Assembly (NCBI GenBank): GCA_964413125.1
Contig: CAYPSZ010000374.1
Coordinates: forward strand, 1-55,502
Direction: 5' to 3'
DNA from: an uncultured Desulfobacterales bacterium
GTDB lineage: Bacteria > Desulfobacterota > DSM-4660 > Desulfatiglandales > HGW-15
Length of the DNA stretch: 55,502 nt
A model generated the notes under the pieces. It saw nothing but the letters and a program-made list of their open reading frames with translations, had not been told where the DNA came from and made no database searches. A program made the position numbers and the translations under genes. This document shows, in pieces, positions 7,489 to 16,246 of the stretch. The stretch's first letter is position 1. The number at the start of each line of letters is the position of its first letter.

Positions 7489-10065
7489 ATGACGAACTTT
7501 TCACCACTTATGCCGCTATTAGTGGAAATCTCAGGAAAGGGATTTGTAGGTCGAAAGTACGCCACGGACGGCCCGGGGAACAGCCTTTTTCATAACCTAT
7601 TAAGCCGCATAAACGAACAGGCAGCCGGTAAATGGATCCCGACTTATTCGGACAAAGCTTCATCCAGGGGGAATATTGAAGTCAGGCTTGACACATCGGG
7701 AATCACAGGGGATCTCCATAAGCTGATCGACCGCGGGTCCATGATTCCTGCAAGACAACTGCCCGAACTGCACCGCTTGCTGGTGAGCATGGGGTTTTCA
7801 AAAACGGAAATCAACCGGCTTATGGAATCCATGGACCGCCCCCAGGCCGGGCTGCAACCCTTTTTGCAGGAAGAGACCCGGACACTGGAGACCCTGGTGG
7901 TCGACAAATCAGACATCCCCCGCATTCAAGAGGCGCTTTTCAAGATGGGGCTCGGTGCGGGTGAAGTCAAAGATGTCATGGAAAGGGCTGTCGACAGCGA
8001 CGGCCACATCACCCTCAATTTGCTTACCTCCGCTCTGGCGTCACACTTCTCCGACGTTCGGCCCGAGACAGGCCGGCAACTCGTCCGGATCCTCGAGCGT
8101 GAATCGGGAATCGTTTTCCGCGCAGGAAACCTGGAACAGGCGGCAAAAGATGCAGGCCTGGACCAAGCGCTTACTCATATTAAAGGAAACTCATCCGACG
8201 CTGTTCGTGAGGCGGCGAAGATTGACATCGCCTCGATCATGTCGGCAAAGGGAATTCCATCCCATGAGATCAAACAGTTCCTGGAGACTCTGACCTCGAA
8301 GTGGACTTCCAAAAAAGGCGCAGAAACCTCTCTTAGCTGCCCGGATCGGGTAAGCAATGATCTGCTGATTGAGCGATCGGACATTGGAATCATCCAAGAA
8401 GCTCTTTTCAAGATGGGGCTCGGCGCTGGCGAAGTCAAAGACGTCATGGAAAGGTCGGTGAACAATGACGGCCGCATGACCCTTGGTCGGCTCACTGCAG
8501 CGGTTGGCGCGCACTTCCCCACAGAGCCGTTGGAGGCGGGCGGGAAACCATTCGAGATAGACCGGCGTGCATGGGGAACGAATTTCCCGGCAGGCAAAGA
8601 TTCCGTGCTTGACCGGGCGGACATCCCCCGCATTCAAGAAGCCCTTTTCAAGATGGGACTCGGTGCGGGCGAAGTCAAAGATGTCATGGAACGGTCAATG
8701 AACAATGACGGCCGCATGACCCTTGGCCGGCTCACTGCAGCGGTTGGCGCGCACTTCCTTAAAGAGCCATTGGAGGCGGGCGGGAAAGCATTCGAGATGG
8801 ATTGGCGTGCATGGGGAACGAATTTCCCGGCAGGCAAAGATTCCGTGCTTGACCGGGCGGACATCCCCCGCATTCAAGAAGCCCTTTTCAAGATGGAGCC
8901 CGGTGCGGGTTTTACCTCCGGGAATCTTGCCCGGGCGGCGAAGGACGCAGATCTTGACAAGACCCTTGACCGTCTTGGCGGTAACACATCAGGCCCTGTT
9001 CGCGAGGCGGCCAAGATTGAAATCGCATCCCTCATGTCGACAAAGGGTATTCCCGCTCGCGAGGTCAAGAAGTTTCTGGAGTCATTGGTCGTCAAGGGTG
9101 TTGAAAACCGTGGACCCACGGGCATTATCAACGGGCGAGGCGTTGTTGATTCTAAAATTGGAGAGCCTGTCCTCCGGAATGGAGCTTCCATGAATGCTCG
9201 AATGATGAATGAAGGTAAGGATAGGGAAAAAGGCTCCTGGAAGGAACGTATTATCGATATTCTCGGCCGGGAGGAATTCCTCACCGGCCGCAAGCCTGGT
9301 TCGGCCGCCGTCCACAGTCAGGGATCCGGATCAGCCAAGACAAGCGAGATGTTGGAAAACGGCCTGTTCAGGCGGAACGAGCCGGACACGCCCCAATTTA
9401 AGGCTGAAAAGCCATCGGCGACAGGGCCCGATCGAGCCAAGGCAAAAATGAATCCCTCGGTTGAAACGATCCCGCAAACAGCGGGGTTTGAGTCAAAGGC
9501 GGGGAGAGTCCGCTCTTCAGAAGAGTCCGGACCCCCACGGCTAATGCCTAACGGTGAGATTTTCGTTTCGCGCGCCGAACGGATGGAGGCATCGCGGGAG
9601 GCCGCTTCCACCGTCAGAAGTCCATCTCCATCAGCCCCTCTTCCTGAACCACTCCCCAAGATACTGGACCGAATGGTATTGATGATAAACCAGGGAGAAC
9701 AGGCCAGCAGGATACGGATTTCCCCTCCTGAACTGGGCCGCCTGGACCTGGAAATAGTCATAAAGCAGGGACATCTGCATGCCCATGTTAACGTAGAAAA
9801 CCCCATGGTGAGGGAGATTATCGAGGCCAATTTGCAGCAGCTCAAGCAGCAGCTGGGTAACCTGGGTTTCACTGTGGAGCGTTTTGATGTTTCCTCCGGC
9901 CTGGATGACCGCCGGTTTGCGGAATTCCAGGCCCGAAACGGCGGGCGGAGAAATCGACACGGCCGGGGGAAGAAGGACGAGCAACAGGCTCTTATGGGGG
10001 CTGATACGGTGGGAAGAGCCAGGAACGCAACAGGTGAATTCTACCGTATCAACGTGCGGGTCTGA
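7489..10065 (+). CDS. fliK: Flagellar hook-length control protein FliK, unusually long with internal repeats
   Basis: 858 aa. The C-terminal Flg_hook/T3S4-like domain reads ISPPELGRLDLEIVIKQGHLHAHVNVENPMVREIIEANLQQLKQQLGNLGF. Position is between the ylxF-like gene and flgD. Confidence 0.9.
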   Translation: MTNFSPLMPLLVEISGKGFVGRKYATDGPGNSLFHNLLSRINEQAAGKWIPTYSDKASSRGNIEVRLDTSGITGDLHKLIDRGSMIPARQLPELHRLLVSMGFSKTEINRLMESMDRPQAGLQPFLQEETRTLETLVVDKSDIPRIQEALFKMGLGAGEVKDVMERAVDSDGHITLNLLTSALASHFSDVRPETGRQLVRILERESGIVFRAGNLEQAAKDAGLDQALTHIKGNSSDAVREAAKIDIASIMSAKGIPSHEIKQFLETLTSKWTSKKGAETSLSCPDRVSNDLLIERSDIGIIQEALFKMGLGAGEVKDVMERSVNNDGRMTLGRLTAAVGAHFPTEPLEAGGKPFEIDRRAWGTNFPAGKDSVLDRADIPRIQEALFKMGLGAGEVKDVMERSMNNDGRMTLGRLTAAVGAHFLKEPLEAGGKAFEMDWRAWGTNFPAGKDSVLDRADIPRIQEALFKMEPGAGFTSGNLARAAKDADLDKTLDRLGGNTSGPVREAAKIEIASLMSTKGIPAREVKKFLESLVVKGVENRGPTGIINGRGVVDSKIGEPVLRNGASMNARMMNEGKDREKGSWKERIIDILGREEFLTGRKPGSAAVHSQGSGSAKTSEMLENGLFRRNEPDTPQFKAEKPSATGPDRAKAKMNPSVETIPQTAGFESKAGRVRSSEESGPPRLMPNGEIFVSRAERMEASREAASTVRSPSPSAPLPEPLPKILDRMVLMINQGEQASRIRISPPELGRLDLEIVIKQGHLHAHVNVENPMVREIIEANLQQLKQQLGNLGFTVERFDVSSGLDDRRFAEFQARNGGRRNRHGRGKKDEQQALMGADTVGRARNATGEFYRINVRV
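8381..8909 (+). repeat. In-frame tandem repeat inside fliK: 240-nt unit in two full copies plus one partial copy
   Basis: 8381-8620 and 8621-8860 align without indels. My hand count gives 24 mismatches in 240 nt, and the last 50 nt are identical. 8861-8909 restarts the unit. An older diverged head copy begins at 7913. Confidence 0.95.
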
Positions 10066-10164
10066 TTCGGGAGTGCATTCATGGAATACGGAGCTGAATA
10101 TCTAATCTCTCAACAAGGCCGCCTGGCGGACAAGCCAAGCAGGAAATAGGAAAGGAGAACGTAA

Positions 10165-10893
10165 ATGGACCTCTCGACGATCAGCGGGCTTCCCATGGTG
10201 GAGCAACCCGACCCCTATGCAAAGTCAAGCTCTCAAGAGATAGACCGGGACGCATTCATCAAGATGTTCCTGGCCCAGATGAAACACCAGGACCCACTTA
10301 ACCCCATGGACGGATCGGAGTTTGCCGCCCAACTGGCACAGTTCACCAGCCTTGAGCAACTCTATAATGTCAACAGTACTCTGGGCGGCCTCAAGACGCT
10401 CCAGGAGGAAGGTTCACGATTCGAGGCCCTGGCCTTGATAGGAAGGGAGATAGTGGCCGAGGGAAGCACCGTTTCACTGGGAAAGGATCGGGTCGCCCTT
10501 GGTGGATTCCAACTGCCCGGAGCAGCTGAAAGCAAGGTTACCATCATGGACGCCAAAGGCCTGCCTGTGAGCGAGATTCAGTTGGGCTATCTGGAGCCCG
10601 GCTTGCACGAGTTCCAGTGGGACGGTGAAAGCGCATCAGGCGCCGCAATGCCCGAGGGGGCATACTTTTTCAAGGTCTCGGCGGTCACACGATACGGAGA
10701 GGAACTCAATGCCGTCCCCCACATAACGGGAAAAGTCGACAGGGTCAGCTTGCAGGGCGGAAACTCAACCCTGTACGTGGGAACGACCCCTGTAGACATG
10801 ACATCGGTTCTAGACGTGAAAAACACAGATACACAATCATCCAAGGAGAGTGCCCAAGACCCGCACGCAACGGCGCAGTACATAGGGGTCTAA
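10165..10893 (+). CDS. flgD: Flagellar hook assembly (capping) protein FlgD
   Basis: 242 aa with the FlgD N-terminal motif FLAQMKHQDPLNPMDGSEFAAQLAQFTSLEQL and a FlgD Ig-like C-terminal part. Confidence 0.95.
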   Translation: MDLSTISGLPMVEQPDPYAKSSSQEIDRDAFIKMFLAQMKHQDPLNPMDGSEFAAQLAQFTSLEQLYNVNSTLGGLKTLQEEGSRFEALALIGREIVAEGSTVSLGKDRVALGGFQLPGAAESKVTIMDAKGLPVSEIQLGYLEPGLHEFQWDGESASGAAMPEGAYFFKVSAVTRYGEELNAVPHITGKVDRVSLQGGNSTLYVGTTPVDMTSVLDVKNTDTQSSKESAQDPHATAQYIGV

Positions 10894-10977
10894 TCAAGAG
10901 AACTTTTGTCAATATTGGGGAAAACCCCGACCGGGGAACAATATTCATTGCATAAGGAAAAAAAGGAGGAATACACC

Positions 10978-12453
10978 ATGGCGCTTTCAAGTTCGCTTTT
11001 TTCAGGCATAAGCGGTCTCACCACCCTCGGGGATGCAATGCAGATTATCGGTGACAACATCGCAAATGTGAACACCGTAGGCTTCAAGGCAAGCACCTAC
11101 ACGTTCCAAGACCTGCTGAGCCAGTCCGTCGCAACCCAGTCGGGGACCAACCAGGTGGGAAAAGGGACGGCTCTCAGTGACATCTACCAAACCTTTCACC
11201 AGGGCTCATTCGAGACCACTTCCAACTCAACCGACCTGGCCATCGGGGGAGACGGTTTTTTTATGGTCCGCGAATCCGCAGGAAGCAACACATATCTTAC
11301 AAGGGCGGGGAATTTTCGTTTCAATAAAGATGGTTATCTGGTCAGCCCGGCGGGTAACGTTGTACAGGGATGGAAAATGAACGATAAAGGCCAGGACATC
11401 GGGGGTGTAACCGATATCCTCCTGGACTCGTTTACCTCTGAGCCCAAGGCCAGCGACGAGGTCAAACTTATCCTGAATCTGGATAAGAGTGAGCAAATTG
11501 CACATACACAACCCCTATGGAACCTTTGGGATGCCCGAGAGAGCACCCCCATCGACTCGGACAATTACATTTACCAGTCTTCAGTAAAAGTATACGACGT
11601 CCTTGGGGATACCCACGACATCACAATGTACTTCGACAAAGAGGACGGCGCGAACCACAAATGGCAGTTCATTGCGACCTGTAACCCGTCCGAGGACCTG
11701 CGGGGGTACACGGACGGTTCCGGTAACGGGTTGGCAGACACTGCGGCAGAGGGCCGGCTTGCCAGAGGAACCATTCAGTTCTCAGAAGACGAAGACTCGG
11801 GCAAAATTAAAGAGATTACCATGCAAGTTCTCAAGAACGACGAAGACCCTGCTGATATGCCTCCCGATTATAATGACCTCAGCGACGACCTCAATTGGGG
11901 TGAGGCGGAAACCAGCACCTCCGGCTACTTCCAATTCACACCCAAGTTCATTGCGGGAGCCGCTGAAGAAATGCAGGTCGGGCTTAATCTGGGTTCCTAC
12001 AAATCCGGCGCCGACTGGATCAACAATTCCCTCACCACCACCCAATTCTCAAAGGCGTCCACCACTGTTTTTCAGAGCGCCAACGGCTACGGGGCCGGAG
12101 ATCTTCAAGGCGTTGACGTGGATGTTGACGGCGTGATCACGGGGACCTATTCCAACGGGGAGGTGATTACCCTCTACCGGGTGGCCGTGGCCAAGGTGGT
12201 TAACCCTGCAGGCCTTGAAAAGCTGGGCGGAAACCTTTTCAAGACCACGGCGCTGAGTGGAGAGGCCCCGACATTCCATCCCGGCACCAATGGGACGGGC
12301 AAGATTGCGCCCAATTCCCTGGAGCAGTCCAATGTGGACATCGCAAGCGAGTTCGTCAAGATGATCACCACCCAGCGAGGCTATCAGGCCAACGGTAAGA
12401 TAATCACCACGGTGGACCAGATGCTGCAGGAGCTTATGAACCTCAAGCGTTAG
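10978..12453 (+). CDS. flgE: Flagellar hook protein FlgE
   Basis: N-terminus MALSSSLFSGISGLTTLGDAMQIIGDNIANVNTVGFK and C-terminus SNVDIASEFVKMITTQRGYQANGKIITT. An AAAAAGGAGG SD precedes the ATG at 10978. The longest ORF starts at 10906. Confidence 0.93.
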   Translation: MALSSSLFSGISGLTTLGDAMQIIGDNIANVNTVGFKASTYTFQDLLSQSVATQSGTNQVGKGTALSDIYQTFHQGSFETTSNSTDLAIGGDGFFMVRESAGSNTYLTRAGNFRFNKDGYLVSPAGNVVQGWKMNDKGQDIGGVTDILLDSFTSEPKASDEVKLILNLDKSEQIAHTQPLWNLWDARESTPIDSDNYIYQSSVKVYDVLGDTHDITMYFDKEDGANHKWQFIATCNPSEDLRGYTDGSGNGLADTAAEGRLARGTIQFSEDEDSGKIKEITMQVLKNDEDPADMPPDYNDLSDDLNWGEAETSTSGYFQFTPKFIAGAAEEMQVGLNLGSYKSGADWINNSLTTTQFSKASTTVFQSANGYGAGDLQGVDVDVDGVITGTYSNGEVITLYRVAVAKVVNPAGLEKLGGNLFKTTALSGEAPTFHPGTNGTGKIAPNSLEQSNVDIASEFVKMITTQRGYQANGKIITTVDQMLQELMNLKR

Positions 12454-12791
12454 CGGAGTGACGATCGGGGGCGGAGTCATAAGAGGTCCTCCTCCTCAAG
12501 GCGGCCTTTTTCCGACAAAGCCCCCCGCCTCCTCTTCCGCCGGGCCTGCACCGTCAATATCCTGACTTATATGGGGCTTTAACGCCTTGACAACCGTCGA
12601 AAAGGTTGCCTGCGGGCCCGATCTTGGAAAAGTCCGAGGTTTCTCATGCCTCTATGTTAAATGAGCAGGGCGCCAATCTAATAGCGCCAAGTCTATCAAC
12701 CTCTAGACTACCAATATTTCCAAGCTCTTTCCTCCATGTTCGAACCGCCCTCGCCGCCATGATGGCGGCAGGGGGACCTGCCGCCATCGAA

Positions 12792-12807
12792 TGGCACAGA
12801 GGTTGCT
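12792..12807 (+). promoter_or_regulatory. sigma54 promoter upstream of motA
   Basis: Reads TGGCAC-AGAGG-TTGCT, a near-perfect consensus, 51 nt upstream of the motA ATG. It sits in a roughly 400-nt intergenic region. Confidence 0.7.
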
Positions 12808-12857
12808 TCCACTATACCACGAACCGATTTGGAAGAACCGCCTCGGAGACGCACCAC

Positions 12858-13622
12858 ATGGATATTGCAACAATTATAGGCATTTTTACGGCCTTTGCAC
12901 TGGTCATCAGCGCCATTTTGATGGGGAGCGGCCTCGACCTCTTTATAAACATTCCCGGCCTCATGATCGTGGTGGGCGGAACACTCGGCGCCACCATGAT
13001 CAATTATCCCCTGCCCGACATTCTCAAAGTGGCAAATGTGGTCAAGAATGCTTTTTTCCACCGGAAGCAGACCGTGCAGGCATTGATAGGTGAGTTCGTA
13101 AACCTGGCGGGCACGGCCAGAAGGGAAGGCATCCTGGCCCTTGAATCGAGCATCGGGGACATGAAGGATGAATTCATGCGAAAGGGCGTTCAACTTTCCA
13201 TAGACGGTCTGGAACCGGGAGCCATAAAGGACATACTGAGCACGGAGATCGATTCCATTCAGGACCGGCACAAGCTGGGAGCGGAGATCTTTACAACACT
13301 CGGGACGTTCTCTCCTGCCCTTGGAATGATAGGAACACTCATAGGCCTGGTTCAGATGCTTCAGACCATGGATGATCCGAGCACCATAGGTCCTGCAATG
13401 GCCGTGGCGCTGCTCACAACCTTCTACGGGGCCCTGCTGGCCAATGTGGTCTTCCTGCCCATCGCAGGAAAGCTTAAGAACCGCAGCACCGAAGAAGTTA
13501 TGGTCAAGGAACTCATGGCAGAGGGAATCATGAGCATCGCCAAGGGCGACAACCCCAGGCTGCTGGAGCAGAAACTGAATGCTTTCTTGGCCCCCCAAAT
13601 GCGCAAATCATCATTTGAGTGA
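12858..13622 (+). CDS. motA: Flagellar stator protein MotA/PomA (MotA/TolQ/ExbB channel family)
   Basis: 254 aa starting MDIATIIGIFTAFALVISAILMG. C-terminal TM3-TM4 reads GPAMAVALLTTFYGALLANVVFLPIAGKL. The longest ORF (from 12606) would run through the sigma54 promoter. Confidence 0.9.
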   Translation: MDIATIIGIFTAFALVISAILMGSGLDLFINIPGLMIVVGGTLGATMINYPLPDILKVANVVKNAFFHRKQTVQALIGEFVNLAGTARREGILALESSIGDMKDEFMRKGVQLSIDGLEPGAIKDILSTEIDSIQDRHKLGAEIFTTLGTFSPALGMIGTLIGLVQMLQTMDDPSTIGPAMAVALLTTFYGALLANVVFLPIAGKLKNRSTEEVMVKELMAEGIMSIAKGDNPRLLEQKLNAFLAPQMRKSSFE

Positions 13623-13798
13623 TGCGAACGCCGTTAAAGACGTCACTGAAGCGCCGGAAACCCCCGAGCCATAAAGAACGTGGTGTGTCAGGGCGGAAAG
13701 AGGGAAAACCATACAATCAGAATCAGCGTTCGGCTCTTTTGTCCGTAAGCCGACCATACGGTTTGAAAGTACAGGTTTAAAGTAAGGGGGTGTGATTC

Positions 13799-14308
13799 AT
13801 GGCAGAGCAGGAAGCAGCAGATACACAGGCCGACAATACAGGCGGGAGGAAAAAGGCGCTTCCCGTAAAGTTGATCCTGGTCATCTTCAGCGTCCTTATC
13901 CTTGCAGGCGCCGCCGGGATGGTTTTCAAGTCAGGGCTTCTCAGGCAAAACCCGGAAGGGGAAGAGACCATTGTAGCGGCCGCAGGCAATGAAAAGGCCA
14001 CCGGCCCCGGCCCCATCTATACCTTGAACCCATTCATCGTCAACCTTGCCGAGGAACGGGGCACCAAATACCTTAAGACCAAACTCGGTCTCGAACTGGA
14101 TAACACCATGGTCTCCAAAGAGATCGAGCAGAGACTGCCTCAATTCAGAGACACTATTCTTACAATCCTGAGCAGCAAATCCTTTGATGATATCCGGCAG
14201 CTGGAAGGAAAATACCAGCTACGTATTGAAATTATGGCTATGCTCAACCGGCTTCTAAAGACCGGAGAGATCATAAACATCTATTTCATGGAATTCGTGG
14301 TCCAGTGA
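13799..14308 (+). CDS. fliL: Flagellar basal body-associated protein FliL
   Basis: 169 aa with a single N-terminal TM segment. The FliL core reads YTLNPFIVNLAEERGTKYLKTKLGLELD...FRDTILTILSSKS...INIYFMEFVVQ. Confidence 0.92.
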   Translation: MAEQEAADTQADNTGGRKKALPVKLILVIFSVLILAGAAGMVFKSGLLRQNPEGEETIVAAAGNEKATGPGPIYTLNPFIVNLAEERGTKYLKTKLGLELDNTMVSKEIEQRLPQFRDTILTILSSKSFDDIRQLEGKYQLRIEIMAMLNRLLKTGEIINIYFMEFVVQ

Positions 14309-14350
14309 CGACAGGGAGGTGTCCTTGCCTCCACAGAAAGGGCCTGTATC

Positions 14351-15334
14351 TTGAGCCAGCTTTTATCACAAGAAGAAGTCGACGCCCTATTGAGCGGGCT
14401 GGATTCCGGCGAGATCGAGAGTGAAGAAGGACCCCAAGAGGCTGAAGAAAAACTCGATCTCTTTGACTGGACGACCCAGGAAAAGGATGTCAAGGGCACC
14501 ATGCCGCTGTTGGGAGTCATAAACAACCGCTTCTCCCAGAAGATGAAAAGCGCCCTATCCACGTCTATTAGAAAGGTGATCGAGGTCACACAGGGTCCTC
14601 TGGAGATGATCAAGTTCAAGCATTTCAAGCAGTCGCTACCCATACCCACAAGCCTGCATCTTTTCAAGATGGATCCACTCCGGGGAACAGGACTTCTGGT
14701 GATCGAAAGCCACTTGGTCTTCAACCTGGTGGAGGCATACTTCGGAGGACGGGGCACGGGTTCGACCAAGGTCGAGGGCAGGGACTTCACTCCCATTGAA
14801 AGCAAGATCATCGGCAAAGTGGTTAACATCGCTCTGACCAACCTTATGGACGCCTGGGAGGATATTCACCCGATCAAGACCGAGTTCATACGGTCTGAGA
14901 GCAACCCTATGGTCGTGAATGTGGAACGACCTGACGAGTACCTGGTATCGGTAAAATTCGATGTGGAACTTACAAAACCGCTGGGATCGATCACCTTGTG
15001 CACGCCTTATTCATCCTTTCAGCCCATCAGGCACAAACTTTCGGGTGGATATCAGAAGGACGAAGACGGCCATGTCGACCAATTCTGGATCAACAACCTG
15101 CGCGCTCGTTTGAAAGAGACACCTATGGAGCTTACGGTCGACTTAGGCTCTGCTCAGTTATCCATTCGTGATTTTCTGAACCTGAAGGAGGGTGACATCC
15201 TCGTCCTGGACAATAGCTACAAATCTCCTTTAACAGCTCATGTAGAAGGGATCCCCAAATTCATGGGCTTTGCAGGCAAGGCCCACAATCGAAAGGTGTA
15301 CAGAATCCATGAGGTTATTTCAGCGGAAACTTAA
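14351..15334 (+). CDS. fliM: Flagellar motor switch protein FliM
   Basis: 327 aa with a TTG start. It has the N-terminal CheY-P binding motif LSQEEVDALLSG and a SpoA-like C-terminal domain. Confidence 0.95.
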   Translation: MSQLLSQEEVDALLSGLDSGEIESEEGPQEAEEKLDLFDWTTQEKDVKGTMPLLGVINNRFSQKMKSALSTSIRKVIEVTQGPLEMIKFKHFKQSLPIPTSLHLFKMDPLRGTGLLVIESHLVFNLVEAYFGGRGTGSTKVEGRDFTPIESKIIGKVVNIALTNLMDAWEDIHPIKTEFIRSESNPMVVNVERPDEYLVSVKFDVELTKPLGSITLCTPYSSFQPIRHKLSGGYQKDEDGHVDQFWINNLRARLKETPMELTVDLGSAQLSIRDFLNLKEGDILVLDNSYKSPLTAHVEGIPKFMGFAGKAHNRKVYRIHEVISAET

Positions 15335-15389
15335 AAGCATGATTAATATGATTATAAAAACATAACAAAATAACGTAAATGAGGCAAAC

Positions 15390-15767
15390 ATGGCAAGTGA
15401 AAAGAGTGAACTGAACGGGACAGAGACTTCCAGGGAAGAGCCCATGGCAATGACTCGGGACGTCCAATTTGCAGACATGGAGCCGGGGATCCACCAGAAC
15501 GAGGAGTCCCATGGCATGGAATTTCTCCTCGACATCCCCCTTGACATAACCGTGGAACTGGGAAGGACACGACTTCAGATCGGAGACCTCCTTAAGCTGA
15601 GCCAAGGATCGGTCGTGGAGCTGAACAAGCTCATCAATCAACCACTTGATATCTTTGTAAACCAGAAACTAATGGCTCAGGGAGAAGTAGTTGTGGTCAA
15701 TGAAAAATTCGGGGTTAGGCTGTCCCACATCATCAGTCCCGGTGAGCGGGTAAAGAGCCTTTCCTGA
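15390..15767 (+). CDS. fliN: Flagellar motor switch protein FliN
   Basis: 125 aa with SpoA domain LLDIPLDITVELGRTRLQIGDLLKLSQGSVVELNK...GEVVVVNEKFGVRL. Confidence 0.95.
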   Translation: MASEKSELNGTETSREEPMAMTRDVQFADMEPGIHQNEESHGMEFLLDIPLDITVELGRTRLQIGDLLKLSQGSVVELNKLINQPLDIFVNQKLMAQGEVVVVNEKFGVRLSHIISPGERVKSLS

Positions 15768-15867
15768 CCCATGCCACCGCGGTCTATGGAGAAGAAACAC
15801 GCTCAAGACATAATCGCGGCGAACAACCCCGACTGTCTTTGTGCAGGCATTTATGGACGGGTAAAAG

Positions 15868-16236
15868 ATGCTTGAAACGGATTTCACTGTAAACGCCCTT
15901 AAGACCGCGGGGTCGCTCCTGCTTATCCTGGGTCTTATCGTCTGCCTTTTTTATGTGCTCAGGCGTCTCAGATTCGGGTCGGCTACACCATTATCTCTTT
16001 CCCGAATGCGCGTATTGACCACCCTGAGTCTGGCTCCCAAGCGATCCATAGCCATCGTTGAGATCCTGGACGAATGGCTGGTGGTGGGTGTGGGGACAGA
16101 TTCAGTTACTCTGCTCACACGAATTGACCGCCCTGTGGGGGCCAGTGGGACGGAAACGGATGAAAGCACAGCCCCGCATAGTTTTCGGTCCCTGCTCAAA
16201 AAGAAAGCCGGTCCCGCGGCAACGAACAAAGGATGA
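15868..16236 (+). CDS. fliO: Flagellar biosynthesis protein FliO
   Basis: 122 aa with one TM segment followed by RVLTTLSLAPKRSIAIVEILDEWLVVGVGTDSVTLL. Position is between fliN and fliP. Confidence 0.85.
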   Translation: MLETDFTVNALKTAGSLLLILGLIVCLFYVLRRLRFGSATPLSLSRMRVLTTLSLAPKRSIAIVEILDEWLVVGVGTDSVTLLTRIDRPVGASGTETDESTAPHSFRSLLKKKAGPAATNKG

Positions 16237-16246
16237 CTATCGGCCC

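Noticed and set aside
8175-8873. Duplicated minus-strand ORFs (MRGMSARSSTESLPAGKFVPHA... appears twice).
   Set aside because: They are the mirror image of the fliK 240-nt tandem repeat. The + strand frame is continuous with the conserved FliK C-terminal domain.
8381-8909. The regularly spaced repeats could in principle be a CRISPR-like array.
   Set aside because: The period is 240 nt with no unique spacers. The repeats are contiguous, in-frame and coding, and no cas genes are present.
12708-13598. A 296-aa ORF antisense to motA. Similar long antisense ORFs occur at 1474-2019, 30933-31610, 35770-36351, 36635-37333, 41248-41856 and 45195-45821.
   Set aside because: They lie entirely opposite strongly recognisable genes. 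They have Arg/Gly/Pro/His-rich low-complexity translations typical of shadow ORFs in GC-rich DNA, and they lack SD sequences or motifs.
13635-13660. TAAAG-N13-GCCGGAAA upstream of fliL, a sigma28-like promoter.
   Set aside because: The spacing is one nt short, the -10 matches only 6 of 8, and the -35 is partial. This is not strong enough to call.
16058-16246. N-terminal extension of the fliP ORF overlapping fliO.
   Set aside because: The extension is out of frame with fliO yet fully overlaps it. The FliP signal-peptide-like N-terminus begins at ATG 16247.
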